Below, piece by piece: positions 39,189-39,445 of a DNA stretch of 39,445 nucleotides. The translations under genes were made by a program, and so were the position numbers. The notes beneath the pieces are model-generated. The model did not search any database, had not been told where the DNA came from, and saw only the letters and a program-made list of their open reading frames with translations. The number at the start of each line of letters is the position of its first letter. Position 1 is the stretch's first letter. The stretch is from Thermoproteota archaeon (lineage in GTDB: Archaea > Korarchaeota > Korarchaeia > Korarchaeales > Korarchaeaceae), in assembly GCA_026986575.1 (NCBI GenBank), contig JALSOH010000007.1:1-39445 (forward strand), read 5' to 3'.

Positions 39189-39445
39189 ATGTCTCTAATA
39201 GAGGAACTCTCGAAAGAGCTTGAGGCACATCCCGAACTTGCCAAGAGTATAGCTAAGAAGCTAATCGAGTATATAGAGCCAGAGCTAAGTCTGGCCTATC
39301 AGATTTCCAAAATGGTCGATCAGATAACCAAATTCGTCGAAGAGCAGACCAAGATCTGGCAGGAGATCAAGGCGATCAAGGAGGAGATCCAGAAGATATG
39401 GGAGGAGATAAAGGAGCTGAAGGAGGAGCAGACGAGGCTGAAGGA
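39189..39445 (+). CDS. Coiled-coil heptad-repeat protein, truncated by the window end (archaeal DUF3782/PD-(D/E)XK-associated type)
   Basis: MSLIEELSKELEAHPELAK...EEQTKIWQEIKAIKEEIQKIWEEIKELKEEQTRLK. Confidence 0.7.
   Translation, partial: MSLIEELSKELEAHPELAKSIAKKLIEYIEPELSLAYQISKMVDQITKFVEEQTKIWQEIKAIKEEIQKIWEEIKELKEEQTRLK

Overview
This window looks archaeal: G+C-rich with AGG/ATA-rich codon usage, archaeal TATA boxes and a CFI-box-CTERM surface protein. It is probably a thermophile such as a Korarchaeota-like organism (inference only). It opens with a 61-repeat CRISPR array (30-bp repeat). Next come housekeeping genes: prepilin peptidase, PLP aminotransferase, CDF transporter, Lrp and a radical SAM enzyme. 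A minus-strand his operon (hisG-C-B-H-A-F-I) follows; hisI is fused to a purine phosphoribosyltransferase-like domain and hisE/hisD are absent. The middle holds two damaged VapBC modules, an IS607 element (tnpA + tnpB) and several secreted/surface glycan-related proteins. The most interesting part is 33.4-39.1 kb, a cyclic-oligonucleotide signalling island with no core cas genes in view. It contains a hydrophobic-helix + half-SAVED-like gene, a frameshifted long Csx1 (CARF-HEPN), a Crn1/Csx14-like CARF-wHTH, and an APE2256/Sso1393-type CARF with a C-terminal membrane hairpin. It also has a 3-repeat mini-CRISPR of a second repeat type with its own leader and flanking 13-bp direct repeats, and an inverted, decayed second copy of the CARF-TM gene. 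All assignments come from reading motifs by eye; no searches were run.
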